A DNA stretch of 64,000 nt from Eledone cirrhosa (GCA_964016885.1 OZ024740.1:396614001-396678000); one strand, 5' to 3'. Positions 27,418 to 40,978 are shown, counted from the stretch's first letter. A program made the numbers and translations. The notes: generated by a model not told the origin, from the letters alone.

Positions 27418-28315
27418 CGAGGTGTGTCAGAAAAGTTCCAGGACTGATGTCACAAAAGATTTATTTCAAACCCAAACTTCACACTAAGAGTTTTCTCCTT
27501 CAAAGTAATCCCCCTGGAGTATGTAACTGTAATCTTAGCTCTCTGCAGCGATCAAACTTTTTTCTTCATAATTTTATATACGTGTCTCCTCTGTTTCAGG
27601 TCGTCAAGCAATGAGCACAGAGCAACGAACAAACTTGAAAACTCCGTCAGAAGCACTGGGATTGCTGCAGCAAGTGTATGGAGATGAGACGATGTCACAC
27701 TCATATGTTTTTGAGTGGTGCAAGAGGTTTAAAGAAGGACGCAAGGACGTGGAAGATGACCCCAGGAGCGGAAGGCCCTCAACAACCAGGACTGAGGTCA
27801 ACGTTGAGCGCGTCAGGCAGATGGTGCGTAGCGATCGTCGGCTGACTGTTCGACTGATTTCAAATGAGCTGGGCATGAATCGGGACAGCGTCTGGAAGAT
27901 TCTCACTGACGATTTGGACATGCGGAAAACCTGCACGAAGATGGTGCCAAAACTGCTGAACGATGACCAGAAGGGTCGATGCATGCAAGTGTGCCAGGAC
28001 ATCCTCGAGTGTCTTGAAACCGAACCAGACTTGCTAGGGACAGTCATCACCAGTGATGAGTCATGGATCTTCGAGTATGACCTGGAGGGGGACCCATTTT
28101 GAAGATGTGGACGACATCAAAAAGGCTGTAACGATGGAACTGCGGAGGATCCCGAAAAAATCCTTCCAGGAGTGCATGCAAGCGTGGCAGAAAGGATGGA
28201 AAAGTGCATTAGACTCCAGGAGGATTACTTTGAAGGAGAAAACTCTTAGTGTGAAGTTTGGGTTTGAAATAAATCGTTTGTGACATCAGTCCTGGAACTT
28301 TTCTGACCCACCTCG
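27418..28315 (+). mobile_element. Internally deleted mariner with 103-bp inverted termini and TA target duplication
   Basis: Inverted repeats at 27418-27520 and 28213-28315, TA on both sides. Transposase motifs VFEW.KRFKEGR..VEDDPRSGRPST, KMVPKLL, ITSDESW and C-terminal DYFEG. Confidence 0.93.
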
Positions 28316-28410
28316 TACGTTTTTCTTGTCTTCCAGCTGCTAGGATTGCTCTGCATTTCGTTATGCAGCTGCTATCCTCCATATACATCACATGTCCATA
28401 CTAGCACAGT
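28316..28410 (-). mobile_element. RTE remnant interrupted by the mariner (other half at about 27370-27415)
   Basis: YGHVMYMEDSSCITKCRAI on the right continues as a PRKTWGEV-like sequence on the left of the mariner. Confidence 0.7.
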
Positions 28411-28509
28411 GTGGACTAAAAATAATTTACCCAGTGAGGGGAAAATTACTTTTAGTTCAAATATATGATACAATTAAGACTGAGCTCCATTTCCAGTCAT
28501 ACAACCAGT

Positions 28510-28820
28510 TGAGCATACCATGGTAAGTTAATAGGGTATTCAGCTCACAATTGTAAGGACATGAATTTGATTCCCAGATGAGGTGGCGTGTTGTGTCTTT
28601 GAGCAAGATGCTTTATTTCATGTTGCTTCAGTCCATTCAGCTGGCAAAAATGTGCCTCTAATAGCTTTGTCACATATTGTATCATGCTGAATCTGCCTGA
28701 GAACTATGTTAAGGGTGCATATGTTTTTGGAATACTCAATCACTTACAAGCTAATTTTATGAGCAGGCAGTTCAATTATTTGAATCATCTGGAGAACTCA
28801 TTGTTAGAAACGGTGGAGGT
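28510..28820 (+). mobile_element. Degenerate CORE-like SINE with a distinct 3' module
   Basis: Decayed tRNA head, then TGTGTCTTTGAGCAAGATGCTTTATTTCA core. Tail resembles the reverse complement of 26120-26290. Confidence 0.6.
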
Positions 28821-29903
28821 CCATCAACATCAAATATCAACTGCTTACAGTAGTGTACTTGACCACATTATTGTATCTATTTACAATGAGAAAGACTGAG
28901 CTAATGAAAGATAAGTGCTTTGGCCATAAACTCAATGCAGTGCCAGAGATAGGATATGAAGAAATAATTGGTCATCTTCATACCATTTTCATTCAGCTAT
29001 TTCAGGTTCTGTTTGTTCACAAGATTTATGTAGTCACATTGTATGTCAATAGATTTGTTTTTACATCACATTAAAAAAAAGAGGAAGAATCTATGTCATT
29101 GTGTGACAGGTGGATAAGGAAAAATGAAACATCTATGGTGTGAAAATGTCACCCTACATAAAGAACTAAAATGAAAATTAAGGAAATCAAAAATGCAGTC
29201 CAGCAAGTCAGGAAGATCACTGAATATTCAACTCAACATGGCTTCTTTTACTGAGATTAGCCTCAAATTTCTCTCTCCCTCTCTCTCTTACACACACATA
29301 ATATGATTTAAATTTTGAGCTTATTTTTACATACTATATTAAATACATTGTATATTTCTTCTTTCTCAATTGCTATGATCTTTTAGTGATCTTTCATCAA
29401 GGTTTCTCTGGCATTTCACATATCTTTTGGAAGATATTTCTAATCTACTCAGCAACATGATATAAAATAAAACAAAAGTGGCTATTTTCTTTTCTTCACT
29501 TCTCATATTCCTTGTAGTCTTTTACTAATATCTGTTACAACTTCAACCTCTGACATTTTCTTCTCCAAGATGCTTGCTTAGATGTTTTTACAACATCAAA
29601 ATATCAAAGTTCCGATACACAGACAACTAATAAAATTATCAATTAATTATATGCTCAATTCATTTGAGATTTAAAATGAATTTAATAAATAGAGTCTCTC
29701 TTTCTTCCCCTGTCTGTGTGTATGTGTTGATGATGTTGGTTGTTTGGGTTTATTGATAATTTGAATTTGCAATGTCTTCAAATGCTAGCAAGTTATGTAT
29801 TCTTTTACCTTACAAGGACAATCTGTAAATATAGAGAGAATTGAAGGAATTTGTTTGCACAGAGTATTAAACAACCAAATCCCCACACCAAATCTTTGGT
29901 ATT

Positions 29904-29904
29904 G

Positions 29905-29979
<75 letters not shown>

Positions 29980-29980
29980 A
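29904..29980. repeat. (CTA)n/(CTG)n microsatellite
   Basis: Seen directly in the sequence. Confidence 0.95.
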
Positions 29981-31188
29981 ACCCCTACTGCTGCTAATAA
30001 TGATATTTTCTAATTTAGGCAAAAGGCCAGCAATTTGGAGAGAGGGGAATGTGGATTATATTGACCTTGAAAGGATGAAAGGTAAAGTTGACTTCAATGA
30101 GATTTGAGCTCAGAGCACAGATAGCCAGAACAAATACTGCAAAACATTCTATCTGATGTTCTAATGACTGCCAATTTGCTGCCTACTAACATACTGAAGG
30201 TCAATCAAATTAACTAATTACTCTCCACTATATATGTGTTACTTTGTTGCAATTTAAATAATCATTTTTTGTTATTAGTAGTTGTGTAGGACATGGTTAC
30301 CAGCTGAGGTAGATAGAATGAACTCTTAGTCAAGTACAACAGTTGATATAATCAACTAAACTTTCCTCCAAAATTGACTGGCTTTTTGCCACTGTTAGAA
30401 ATCATTATTATTGTTAACAGTAACAGCAAAACAGTAGATTAGCAGAATTATTAGAGCATTGGATAAAATACTCTGCAGTATTTAGTTATGGCCTTTTACC
30501 ATGAGTTCAAATCCCACTAAGGTCAACTTTACCTTTCATCCTTTCAAGGTCGATAAATAAAGTACCAGTCCAGTACTAAAATCGATTCTTCCTCTATCTC
30601 CTTTTCTCATTTTCTCTCCATCACACGCTCTCCTCTGGAAGAAATCAGATGTACTTAGACCTGGAGAGGGATGGGCTCCAAGTTTAAAGTGTCCAAGAAA
30701 TGTCATCTTTATGTAACTCCTATGACTCCAGCATGAGTTATGGGTTAAAGAAATAAAATATTACTCATAACTTTTTTTTTACTGTACATTGAGGCAGGAG
30801 AGGCATAGTTAATCTTGATGGGATTTAAACTTAGAATGTAAAAGAACATAACTAGATGCTACAAAGCATTTTGTTTGGAGCTTTACCATTTGTGATAACC
30901 CAGCCCTAAAAATGATTTATAACACAAACATAATTTCACAAATTTTATGGGAGGAGTATAGTCAAATATATGAATCTTGAATACAAGAATATGATCATGA
31001 ATACAAGCAGCCAAAGTGAGGTTCCTTTGAAGGGTCTTTGGAGTAATGTTACTTGATAGAGTGCATAGCTTGGAGATCAGAGAGTTGCTCTAGGTAGAGG
31101 CATTACTTTTTTTAATTGAGAGATCACAGCTCCGATACATCCATGAGCTTGGCTGGTCTTGCTTGAGGCCTTTGCTTCACAATCCTCT

Positions 31189-31326
31189 CAAGAAGAAGAA
31201 AAAGAAGAAGAAGAAGAAGAAGAAGAAGAAGAAGAAGAAGAAGAAGAAGAAGAAGAAGAAGAAGAAGAAGAAGAAGAAGAAGAAGAAGAAGAAGAAGAAG
31301 AAGAAGAAGAAGAAGAAGAAGAAGAA
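31189..31326. repeat. (GAA)n tract of about 45 units
   Basis: Seen directly; one early interruption. Confidence 0.97.
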
Positions 31327-31534
31327 TCACAGGAAAATGAAAGCGAAGTTGATCATAGCAGGATCTGTACTCAGAACATAAAGAGCCAGAACAAATACTG
31401 CTAAGCATTTGTCCAATACTCTAATGACTCTGCCAATCCACTGCCCTAACAGTTCTAATAGTAGAAAAAAAAGATTCTTTGTTATTTTTCTTCTAAGAAT
31501 ATTATATTTAGAATAATTAATTGAAGAATCTTAC

Positions 31535-31585
31535 CTTAAACATTGGTCCCATAAAATATTTTTTGCGGATTATTTTTTTATTTGT
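31535..31585 (-). CDS. CNGB: CNG channel beta subunit, 51-nt exon (S2-S3 linker)
   Basis: Encodes TNKKIIRKKYFMGPMFK. Acceptor tttctttacag, donor AAG|gtaaga. Phase 0-0, fits between the neighbouring exons. Confidence 0.9.
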
Positions 31586-32749
31586 CTGTAAAGAAACAAC
31601 CAGACAAGAAATGTTAAACATTTATACCATAGGATAAGTTTTAGAAATATTATTTCAGTGCAAACAATTTTATAAATATTCATCTACATACACATCTGTT
31701 ATAAATCTGTCCTAATAAGGTTGTTGTATCTTGATTGAGCAGACAAATCCAGTGTATATTTAGAACTGCATTACACAATATGTCTTTCCAGCTTTTAAGA
31801 TTATATAGTATGGCTTGAGGGAGAATTGGCTGCTATTTCTAACAGTCCAAGCAACAGCATAGAAGCTCTCTTGGGTTATTCAAAATAATGTTTAATACTA
31901 AGCTATAATCTTACAGAGGATTGTTTTCATTTTTGATGTTCTTTGAGGCTGTTATATTTAAAGTTGAGTTGCAATCTGTGCAGTACATGGAGAGATATAG
32001 AGATAGAGTGACAAGTAGGCAGAAAGAGAGAGTGTGTGAGTAGAAAAGAGATAGAAAGAAAGGAACAATCATCTTTGTTTGCAATAAAGGTACATTGTGG
32101 CAACAAATCACATCTTTGTGATTCATTAGTTTAAGGAAGAAGGAAATACCCTTAGTGTTTTTTGGTACCTTCTGCATTATAGCATAGAGATAACTTTTAG
32201 TCCACTACACAAAGACTCAATAAAATGAGTGTGGTTAATATTCTGTGTGAACTATTAGAAGTTAGTTGTTGCAGTGTTACCCTCAAATTAGCTCTAATTG
32301 AGCAGACATGATAACAAATGTTCCAGGTATGACCCTGTGTTATATGTACTTAGTGCATCCAGGACCACATTATCCAACGTGCCCTTTCTTTTAAGATAAT
32401 AGAATGTGCTTTGTGGGAGATTTGGTTGCTATTTCTAGTAGGTTGAATTATCATATCGAGGCTCCCTCCTTGGTTTGTGTTAGAAGTTAATAATTGAAGA
32501 GAGTGACACTAAAATATGAAAGAAGGATTGACAAAGTGTTTAGAAATGTTTTGGTTGTGAGATAATGTGAGGATGATGGGTGGAATTATTCATCTATAGA
32601 AGACTGGTTTCTCAATTTCAATGTTGTAGTAGTTGTCAACATAATCAAATAGCTATGGCAGTTTAGTGTTTCACTTAAGAACTTTATTGCTACTTTTATG
32701 ATTAGCCTTGAAAATAGAATGTCAATATTTGAACTTAAAATTTTAATGT

Positions 32750-33330
32750 TTTTCAGCTGTCAAGGAAAATATTTTCTCATGTCATCTTGAACAAAGTCTT
32801 CTTGGTATAAGAAGCAACCTTCCAGAAGCACAGTGTAGATTACATCAGGAACTGATTTTTCCAGGCTGGTACATTCAAGAGAAGAGCTTAGAGCAAAATC
32901 TTGATCTATACACTGGGTTCATAGATTTAACCAAATCTTTTGGAATTATGAACAGAAAATATCTGTTACTTCTTATAACTATTATTTTTTTCGTTACAGG
33001 AGTGGACAAGAACTGTCAATCAACAAGCAATCTGTTCACCTTCTCTACTGTGTTGCACAAGACTGTATTTTAGCATTGCTCCTGTTTAACTTATTAAGAA
33101 TTTGAAAATTGAGTTCCCATTTGGTAATATCTGATGGAAAATAGATTTAACTTTATAACTGAGTGAACATAAAGGCAAAGACAGTCAACATCCTTGACAA
33201 AGAAATATTGGTAACAGCTAAATGTGTATTAATAGTTCTTGAGAATGAAAACCTACAAATTATCTGTGCTTCTGTTCAAAGCCTTTCAAGCAAGTTAAAA
33301 GTTTGAAATGACTGAAATGTTCTTCTTGTC
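32750..33330 (+). mobile_element. Highly decayed RTE/BovB-like RT fragment
   Basis: LPEAQC.. and FIDLTKSF-like remnants. Confidence 0.5.
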
Positions 33331-35214
33331 TATTCTCAATTCAGATGTAATTAACAGATTTATGTATCTGGAAATATTAATTTTCACTGATAATAATAAT
33401 GATTTCGAAGGCGGAAATTGAACAAGTAAGCCAGATAGTTAAGTGATTCAGAAAGGAGTGTTGTAATCAGTTGTAAAGTGATATTTAATACCACAGTGCT
33501 GTGATATTCAACCAGCTTTAGAGGTGTTAGACAAAGATTATCTACTGGCTGCACTCGAAGAAGCTGAAAAAGTTGTTTTAAAATGTTCTGTACTTTATTA
33601 TTAGAATGAAAGTGTAATAAAATTACCAACTTTGAGATCAGGTCAAATTATTTTACTTAGTGTTGGTTCTTGTAGAAAGATACATTGGTCTAGCTATTGT
33701 AGTGAAATTATACTTGGGTGCAATTTGCTATGGTAAGAAAATATTTCTTATCATATATCATATTTGTCAGTACTGACGAAAGTAACTATGATGACACCTA
33801 GATGTAAACTCTCTTGGCTCCTTGTTCACTCGGCAACAAACTTTGGCAATAGCAGTGGTGGCCATTGCAGTCAACAGCTAAGCTATTCCTGCAGGTTAGT
33901 CAATATACCAGAAGCCAAAGCTATACCTTTACTCTATAACATCTTTCTTTAATGCATCTTGCTTACAAGTTCCATTCCATCTAAATATGTGTACATTCCA
34001 AGAAAATACTTTCCTTTTCTGTGAACTCTATATTTTACTGATATGCTAATGAAAACATTATGTTGTTATTTCAAAGTGCTGCATATTCCTGTTGTGTCAT
34101 TATTCATCACATAGATTTGTTGTATTCAATGGCTAAGAATAAATATATTATTAGCAGTCTAGTTTCCTTGTTGTTCTATTCACTCAATACCAATGCTTTG
34201 GGGAAATCACTTTACCAACATGGATCACATCAACCACACAACCAATACATCGCATCACAACCAGCAAACATTTTCTGTTAAACTATTGTAACAAGATGGA
34301 AATCACTCATATCCCAAGAAACTGCTTTGAGGGAAATAGTTGTTTTTGGTTTGTTCTATATCAGCTCTGATTTAGCAGAGCTATAATCAAAGACCTTCCA
34401 GCTATGCTCGTTCATTTTTCCATGTAAAATGTATTTAGGACTAGATTATCGAATGTATCTTTCCTTTAATAAAGACAGTAGGGTGTGATTTAAGGGAAAT
34501 TTGGCTGTTATTTCTGGTATGTTGGACAGGCATGGAGGAAATATTGCCTTTGGTAAGTAGCTGCAGAAAACAAGTAAATCTATATAAGCATAATAAAGAT
34601 ACACTAAATGACAACTCCAAATAGATTGTTTATTCTATGATAGCAAATAATATGTCTCACAAGTGTGCAATATGTTATTAACATTAAGATGTATGAAAAT
34701 GGAAGCCACAAGTAAGCATACAAAGATTGAGGAAATTCCTAAAATAATAGCTATCTGTTTTCAGGAACAGAAGAGATCAGAACATGAAGTGGTTTTTCCT
34801 GAAATTAGTATGAATATATACAAGCATGTACATATATATAATGTGTTAATAGTAAATATATATGTTAATACAATCAGGTTTTGTTTTCAGTTATTATATA
34901 TACATATATACATATATATATGTATATATATTTAGATGTACATATGCATATATATGTATGATGATGATATATATACTCATCATCGTTTAACGTCTATCTT
35001 CCACGCTAGCATCATCATCATATATATATATATATATACGTATATATATATATATATATACACGCATATATATATTTATATATATATATAGAGAGAGAGA
35101 GAGAAAGATGTACATATGTATCATCATCATCATCATCATCATCACCGTTTTACGTCCGTTCTTCCACGCTAGCATGGGTTATATATATGTATGTATGTGT
35201 GTGTGTATATATAC

Positions 35215-35256
<42 letters not shown>

Positions 35257-35488
35257 TCATTGATTTTACATTTGTTTTTGCATGCTTATTTGCATGGATT
35301 ACTGAAGTCCTTTCCAGTACACCATCTCTCTACCTTTATCTTTCCTTTTCTATGTGTAGTTCCTTGAAATTAGTTTTGACCACCTTTGCCTATGTCTTAC
35401 TCTTTCTCAGACACTACCCTCTTGGAACTTCAGGCACTTTTTCATCCAGTGGTTATCATCCATGTGCATTATATGTCCATACCAATAA

Positions 35489-35678
35489 GGGCGGTGGATT
35501 GGCAGTATCGGTAGAGGGTCGGACGCCATGCTTTCTAGCATAGTTACGTCCCTTTACGATCTGAGTTCAAATCCCGCCGAGGTTGACTTTGCCTTTCATC
35601 CTTACGGGGTCGATAAAATAAAGTACCAGTAATGCACTGGGTAATTGCTGGCCTTGTGCCTAAAGTAGAAACAATTAT
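35489..35678 (+). mobile_element. tRNA-derived SINE, family B (well-preserved copy)
   Basis: A box TGGCAGTATCGG, B box GAGTTCAAATCC, body GCCGAGGTTGACTTTGCCTTTCATCCTTACGGGGTCGATAAAATAAAGTACCAG. Other copies near 650, 12187, 20950, 23635, 26448, 30010, 30430, 31330, 48855 and 60550. Confidence 0.85.
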
Positions 35679-36052
35679 ATGTCCATACCAATATTCTCTC
35701 GTGCATGTAACATCTGATTTCTCTTGTGCTCAGTTCCATGCTTCATCATTTATGCATATTAACAATACACATAAAATGGAACATAGTCAATTCATTTCTC
35801 TCTAACTTTCACACATCACCTGTATTCTCTGCCCTTTTCTGACTACCATGCAACAGCACACACCTTATGCATGCATCATATAATCTGTTCTTTGCTTAGA
35901 GAGACAACACCTTTGTTACGAACAGAAGTAGTACCTTACTTCCACCTTATATATATAAAGGTATTAATGGAAAATTTTTCTTCTTTCATAAAAAAACAAC
36001 ATATTTATTCTCTTACAATTGTTTTGAATGAGATTTGCCATATATATATATA

Positions 36053-36112
36053 TATACCTGATGATGTCACCAGATTCATACTGAACCCGGTCATTGAAAT
36101 GATCATAGTATA
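36053..36112 (+). ncRNA. Minimal type I hammerhead ribozyme with canonical core
   Basis: Stem I TATAC/GTATA; CTGATGA at 36058-36064; long imperfect stem II; GAAA at 36096-36099; palindromic stem III ATGATCAT; predicted cleavage after AUA at 36107; AATAAA follows. Confidence 0.72.
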
Positions 36113-36300
36113 ATAAACCTTTCAAGGAATTACACCGGTCCAGCCTCCTGTTATTTATAATAATTAACTCCATACTCGCACCACCAACACAAACGAAAAC
36201 TGGTGAGTTGCATTACCTCAAGTGCTCTCCATAATATTACATCGAGGTTAACCATACGGAATGACCAGTTCTATCCAGTGGTGAACCAACAAACCTAAAT
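36053..36300 (+). mobile_element. Probable solo Penelope pseudo-LTR or retrozyme-like unit
   Basis: About 250 bp of unique sequence between two (TA)n tracts, starting with the hammerhead and a poly(A) signal. Confidence 0.55.
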
Positions 36301-36323
36301 AAATATATATATATATATATATA

Positions 36324-36592
36324 TGTTTCCTTGAGCAAGACACTTTATTTCACATTGCTCCAGTTTACTCAGCTGTAGAAATGAAATGGTGGAATGATAG
36401 GGATCCCAGTCCTTATCATTCCACTGCAAAGTGGTCGCGTAGGTGCCACGGCAAAAAAAGCACCCAGCACTCACTGTAAATGAGGTTGGTGTTAGGAAGG
36501 GCATCCAGCTGTAAAAATCAAGCCAGAATCAGTTCCCGTCCCACCCTTGCAAGCAGGGAAAAGTGGATGTAAAATGAAATGAAATGAATGAA
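36324..36592 (+). mobile_element. SINE family A, headless copy
   Basis: Core, hairpin and RTE-like tail match 38883-39215. Confidence 0.8.
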
Positions 36593-37539
36593 TATATATA
36601 TATGGAGAGAGAGAGCAAGAGGGAGAGATTGGGTGATTCAGTTTTGTTTTTCATATATATATAAATAAATTATCATCATCACTACCATTTTACATCTATT
36701 TTCCATGCTCACATGGGTAAAATGGGTTGTTATGTTTTGAGGTCAGATAAGTCATATGAATGCAACTTCCTCATATATTTCATTTGGATGCTCTTTCTAA
36801 TGCTAGCCACTTCACAGCATGTCCTGGGTGTGTTTTATAATGGCACCAGCACTACCATGTTTCAGTGGGCTAGGTGCATATATCGTGGCACCTGTATTAC
36901 CACTTTACAATGTGAGCCAAGTGCATTTTATTGTAGAATATATATATATAGTTTACTCAGCTGTAGAAATGAGTTGCGACGTCACTGGTGCGAAGCTGTA
37001 TTGGCCATAGCCTTTCCATTGGACATCATCTGTGGCATAGAGAGGGGAGGCTGATATGCATGGGCGACTGCCAGTCTTCATCAAACAACCTTGCCCAGAC
37101 TTGTGCCTCCGAGGGAAACTTTCTAGGTGCAAATCACATGGTCATTCATGACTGAAGGGAGTCTTCTTCGATATATATATTTGGTGACATAACAAATATG
37201 CACCCAGTCCACCCTGTAAGGTAGTCGTGTTGGTGATATGATAACAAACACCTGGTCCATCCTGTAAGGTGATCCTGCTGGTAACACAAGTACACAGTCC
37301 AACGTGTCAATTTGTCATTTTAGTACCACAATAAAATGCACCCAGTCCACACTGTAAATGTGGTTGGTGTTAGGAAAGACATTCAGCTTTAGAAATCAAG
37401 TCAAAAACAGTTCTGTAGGAGCAAGACATGGTCATTTGAGCTGACTTGTCTCACAACAAGAGAACTCATTTAATCCATGCTAACATGGAAAATGGACATT
37501 AAACAGTGATGATGATATATATATATATAAATAAAAAGT

Positions 37540-38620
37540 ATGAAAAGAATGGTGGGAGCAAGGAACAATACCAGATAGTTAGAAGAGAAGCTAGATATCA
37601 GGTTTATTTAGCAAGGAGAGGTATGAGGTCTTCCAGATTGTAAAGCAGTGTATCAGTCTAAATCAGGACACCCTTGGTGAGATATGTGTATGTAATAATT
37701 GTGGTGGCCCTGTCTTTACTGATCTTAAGAAGAAAGAGACAAGAAAATGCTACTATGAGTGGTTGCTGAATGATAAGGTTATATGGGGAGAGAGAGAGAA
37801 AGAGAGGGAGGACTGCCTACCTCGTGTTGATCCAACAAAGGATCATCTATTGAAATTAACAGCTATACAGTTAAAATAGCCATTAAGAATATGAAAGCAG
37901 GGAAAGCAGCAGGACCATCAGGAATAGTTGAGATGCTGAAAATATCTGGCAAAGTAGAACATGCACTGGCCTCTTGCAATCATTCAATTAGTATAAGAAA
38001 GGGTAATTCCCAATAACTGGCACAGTAGTATCATCATCAACTGTTAAAAGGGCAAAGGAAACGCTCTAGAATGAAGCAGTCACACAGGATTTAACTAATG
38101 GATCAAGTTATGACAGTAACAGGAAGATTAGGAAAAGAATTAGCTTATATAAGATATAGTTCCTGTTTGTACAAGGATGGGGTACCATTGGTGCCCTCCT
38201 TCTAATGAGACAATTATAGGAAACATTCTTATCAAATAGGAAACCACTATATAAAGCATTCATTGGTCTGGAAAAAAGCCTTTGATAGGGTGCCACACTC
38301 TGTGAATTGCTTGTGAAAGCTTGAATGAGAGTAACTTTTAGGAAGTTTATTTACAAAGTGCAATGGTAGTGAAACATGGGCATGAATGATGGAATACAGA
38401 TGAGTTGAGAGAAAAACTGGGAATAAGAGTAATCAGATGTAGTGTGTAAGAGAAAAGATTGGACAGGTACATGTGATACATATGGAGAATGGCAGTTGAC
38501 TAAAGAAGTGCCAAGTGATCAAAGTGGAGCAACCCATGAAAGAGGAAGATCAAAGAAGAAATGGGAAAATTTGATGAAAACTGAACTCAAGCTGAACCTC
38601 AAAATGAGAGCAAACCATAA
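37540..38620 (+). mobile_element. Decayed RTE LINE with internal deletion
   Basis: AIKNMKAGKAAGPSGIVEML and FIGLEKAFDRVP-like remnants homologous to 44940-46870. Confidence 0.75.
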
Positions 38621-38882
38621 AATGGTGCTACTTCTGCTGTTGATGATGATGATATATTTAAATATATAGTTTTAGTTAAACAAATGACAGAAAGAGTACT
38701 CAATACGTGTTGTAGAGTATATTTATTTGTATGAAGTTGATGATTCAATCCATCATAACTCAGAGTTTCTTGCTCAAAGGGATCCTTCACATGACAATTT
38801 TTGTGGTCTGAAGGATCATATAGAGTGGCAAATTTTGAGTATGCCAGCATAGATCATTAACTTCATACAAATATATATGTAT

Positions 38883-39215
38883 GGAGGCACATGGCTTAGT
38901 GGTTAGAGCATTCGCCTTGCAATCGAAAGGTTGTGAGTTCAATTCTCAGACCGGGTGATGTGTTGTTTCCTTGAGCAAGACACTTTATTTCACATTACAC
39001 CAGTTTACTCAGCTGTAGAAATGAGATGATAGGGACTGGGTTCCCTATCATTCCACTGCAAAGTGGTCGTGGAGGTGTCACGACAAAAAAGCACCCAGCA
39101 CTCACTGTAAATGAGGTTGGTGTTAGGAAGGGCATCCAGCTGTAGAAATCAAGCCAAAATCAGTTCCTGTCCCATCCTTGCAAGCAGGGAAAAGCGGATG
39201 TAAAATGAAATGATG
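38883..39215 (+). mobile_element. SINE family A: tRNA head, CORE-like domain, hairpin, RTE-like 3' tail
   Basis: A box TGGCTTAGTGG, B box GAGTTCAATTC, core TCCTTGAGCAAGACACTT. Tail shared with the RTE 3' UTRs at 3230-3380 and 47160-47310. Confidence 0.88.
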
Positions 39216-39583
39216 ATGTATGTAGATGCGCAGGGGCATAGAAATAGTCGGGCTGGACACCCGATCGCGTGGTTAAACCACTGGGAGTAAAGGACTCCTA
39301 GCCTTTGTCAGGGCATTCTTCTAGGAGAAGGCAACTCAGGAAACTGGGATAACTCCGATATAAAACCTGCGGCTCAGTAGTTACCGATGATGTTGATCTT
39401 TTCTTCTTTTCGGGTTATAGCTACTGTCGCTCAGAGAGTGGGATTGGCTCAGTGCACAGTCTTTCATCACTTCAAAAAATATCTTCACGCACAGGCATTG
39501 TACGATAGAATTAATTAATAATTATTAATAATGTTATATGCCATACTCGATAACGAGGGGGCAGCCATCATCATCATCATGTA

Positions 39584-39627
<44 letters not shown>

Positions 39628-40469
39628 AAAGAAGCAGCAGGGAAGTAGGGAATGTAATTGGTTTATACTTTCTATATTTTAATGCAATATCCAACAAAAG
39701 TTGTATTATATGTTAAGATAAGAGACTATGTGTCTAAAACTTCATAAGTACTTAAAGAAAACCATTATTCAAAAGACTCAACATTATTCAATGCACTCAA
39801 CATGTCCTGCTTTCTGAAACAGACATGTTTCTTTCAAAATACATTCTTGGATGCTTTTTCTGATATTTGGGTAATAAAATTTATAGTTTTGCTATTCTTT
39901 AGTGATTCACTAAAAAATGAAAAAGCAAAAGATAATTTGTTTGAAGAATTTTCTAAAACAATACATTAATATTTTTCACATGAAAACATGATAAAACCAA
40001 TATTTATTTAAATTGTGATCTATTTGTTTGAGGATAAAATTCCTCCATTACAATTTCTGCCAATTTGGCTGTCTATTTTGAAGGTTTATTATTCTAAAGT
40101 ACCAGTAATGCACTGGGTAATTACTGGCCTTGTGCCAAAAGTAGAAACAATTATTCTTAAAACATTTTTCTGGGAAATTACTTTAGAATTGATTCTGTGC
40201 AAGTAAGAATAAGAAATATTAGTTATTCTAACTGTTATTTCTCACAGCAGTTCCTCAATAATCAAAACTATTTTATTTAATTGAGGTATGCCACTTTAAT
40301 TTTCATTGTGATGTAAATTGCCTTAATTTTTAGAGTGGAACATGTATGAGTGTAGACTATAGTTACTGTTTTAAGGTTTCTTTTCTTTATAAAATAGTCA
40401 TAAGATTCATATGATGTACGGTTGTCTAATGACACAAAGGTCACAGGAAGCACAATGGCTATATATATT

Positions 40470-40805
40470 CATTTCATTTCATTTTACGTCCGCTTTTCCC
40501 CTGCTTGCAAGGGTGGGACGGGAACTGATTCTGGCTTGATTTCTACAGCTGGATGCCCTTCCTAACACCAACCTCATTTACAGTGAGTACTGGGTGCTTT
40601 TTTGCCGTGGCACCTACACGCCCACTTTACAGTGGAATGATAGGGATCCCAGTCCCTATCATCTCATTTCTACAGGTGAGTAAACTGGAGCAATGTGAAA
40701 TAAAGTGTCTTGCTCAAGGAAACAGCACATCGCCCGGTCTGAGAATTGAACTCACAACCTTTCGATTGCAAGGCCAATGCTCTAACCACTAAGCCATGTG
40801 CCTCC
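40470..40805 (-). mobile_element. SINE family A, full copy
   Basis: Reverse complement of 38883-39215. Confidence 0.88.

Positions 40806-40978
<173 letters not shown>

Noticed and set aside
31124-31408. Poly-E, poly-K and poly-L ORFs
   Set aside because: These are translations of the (GAA)n tract with no splice or domain support.
38883-38955. tRNA genes at SINE heads (also 53152 and 60006)
   Set aside because: A and B boxes are present, but no convincing acceptor stem, and the sequence continues into a SINE body.
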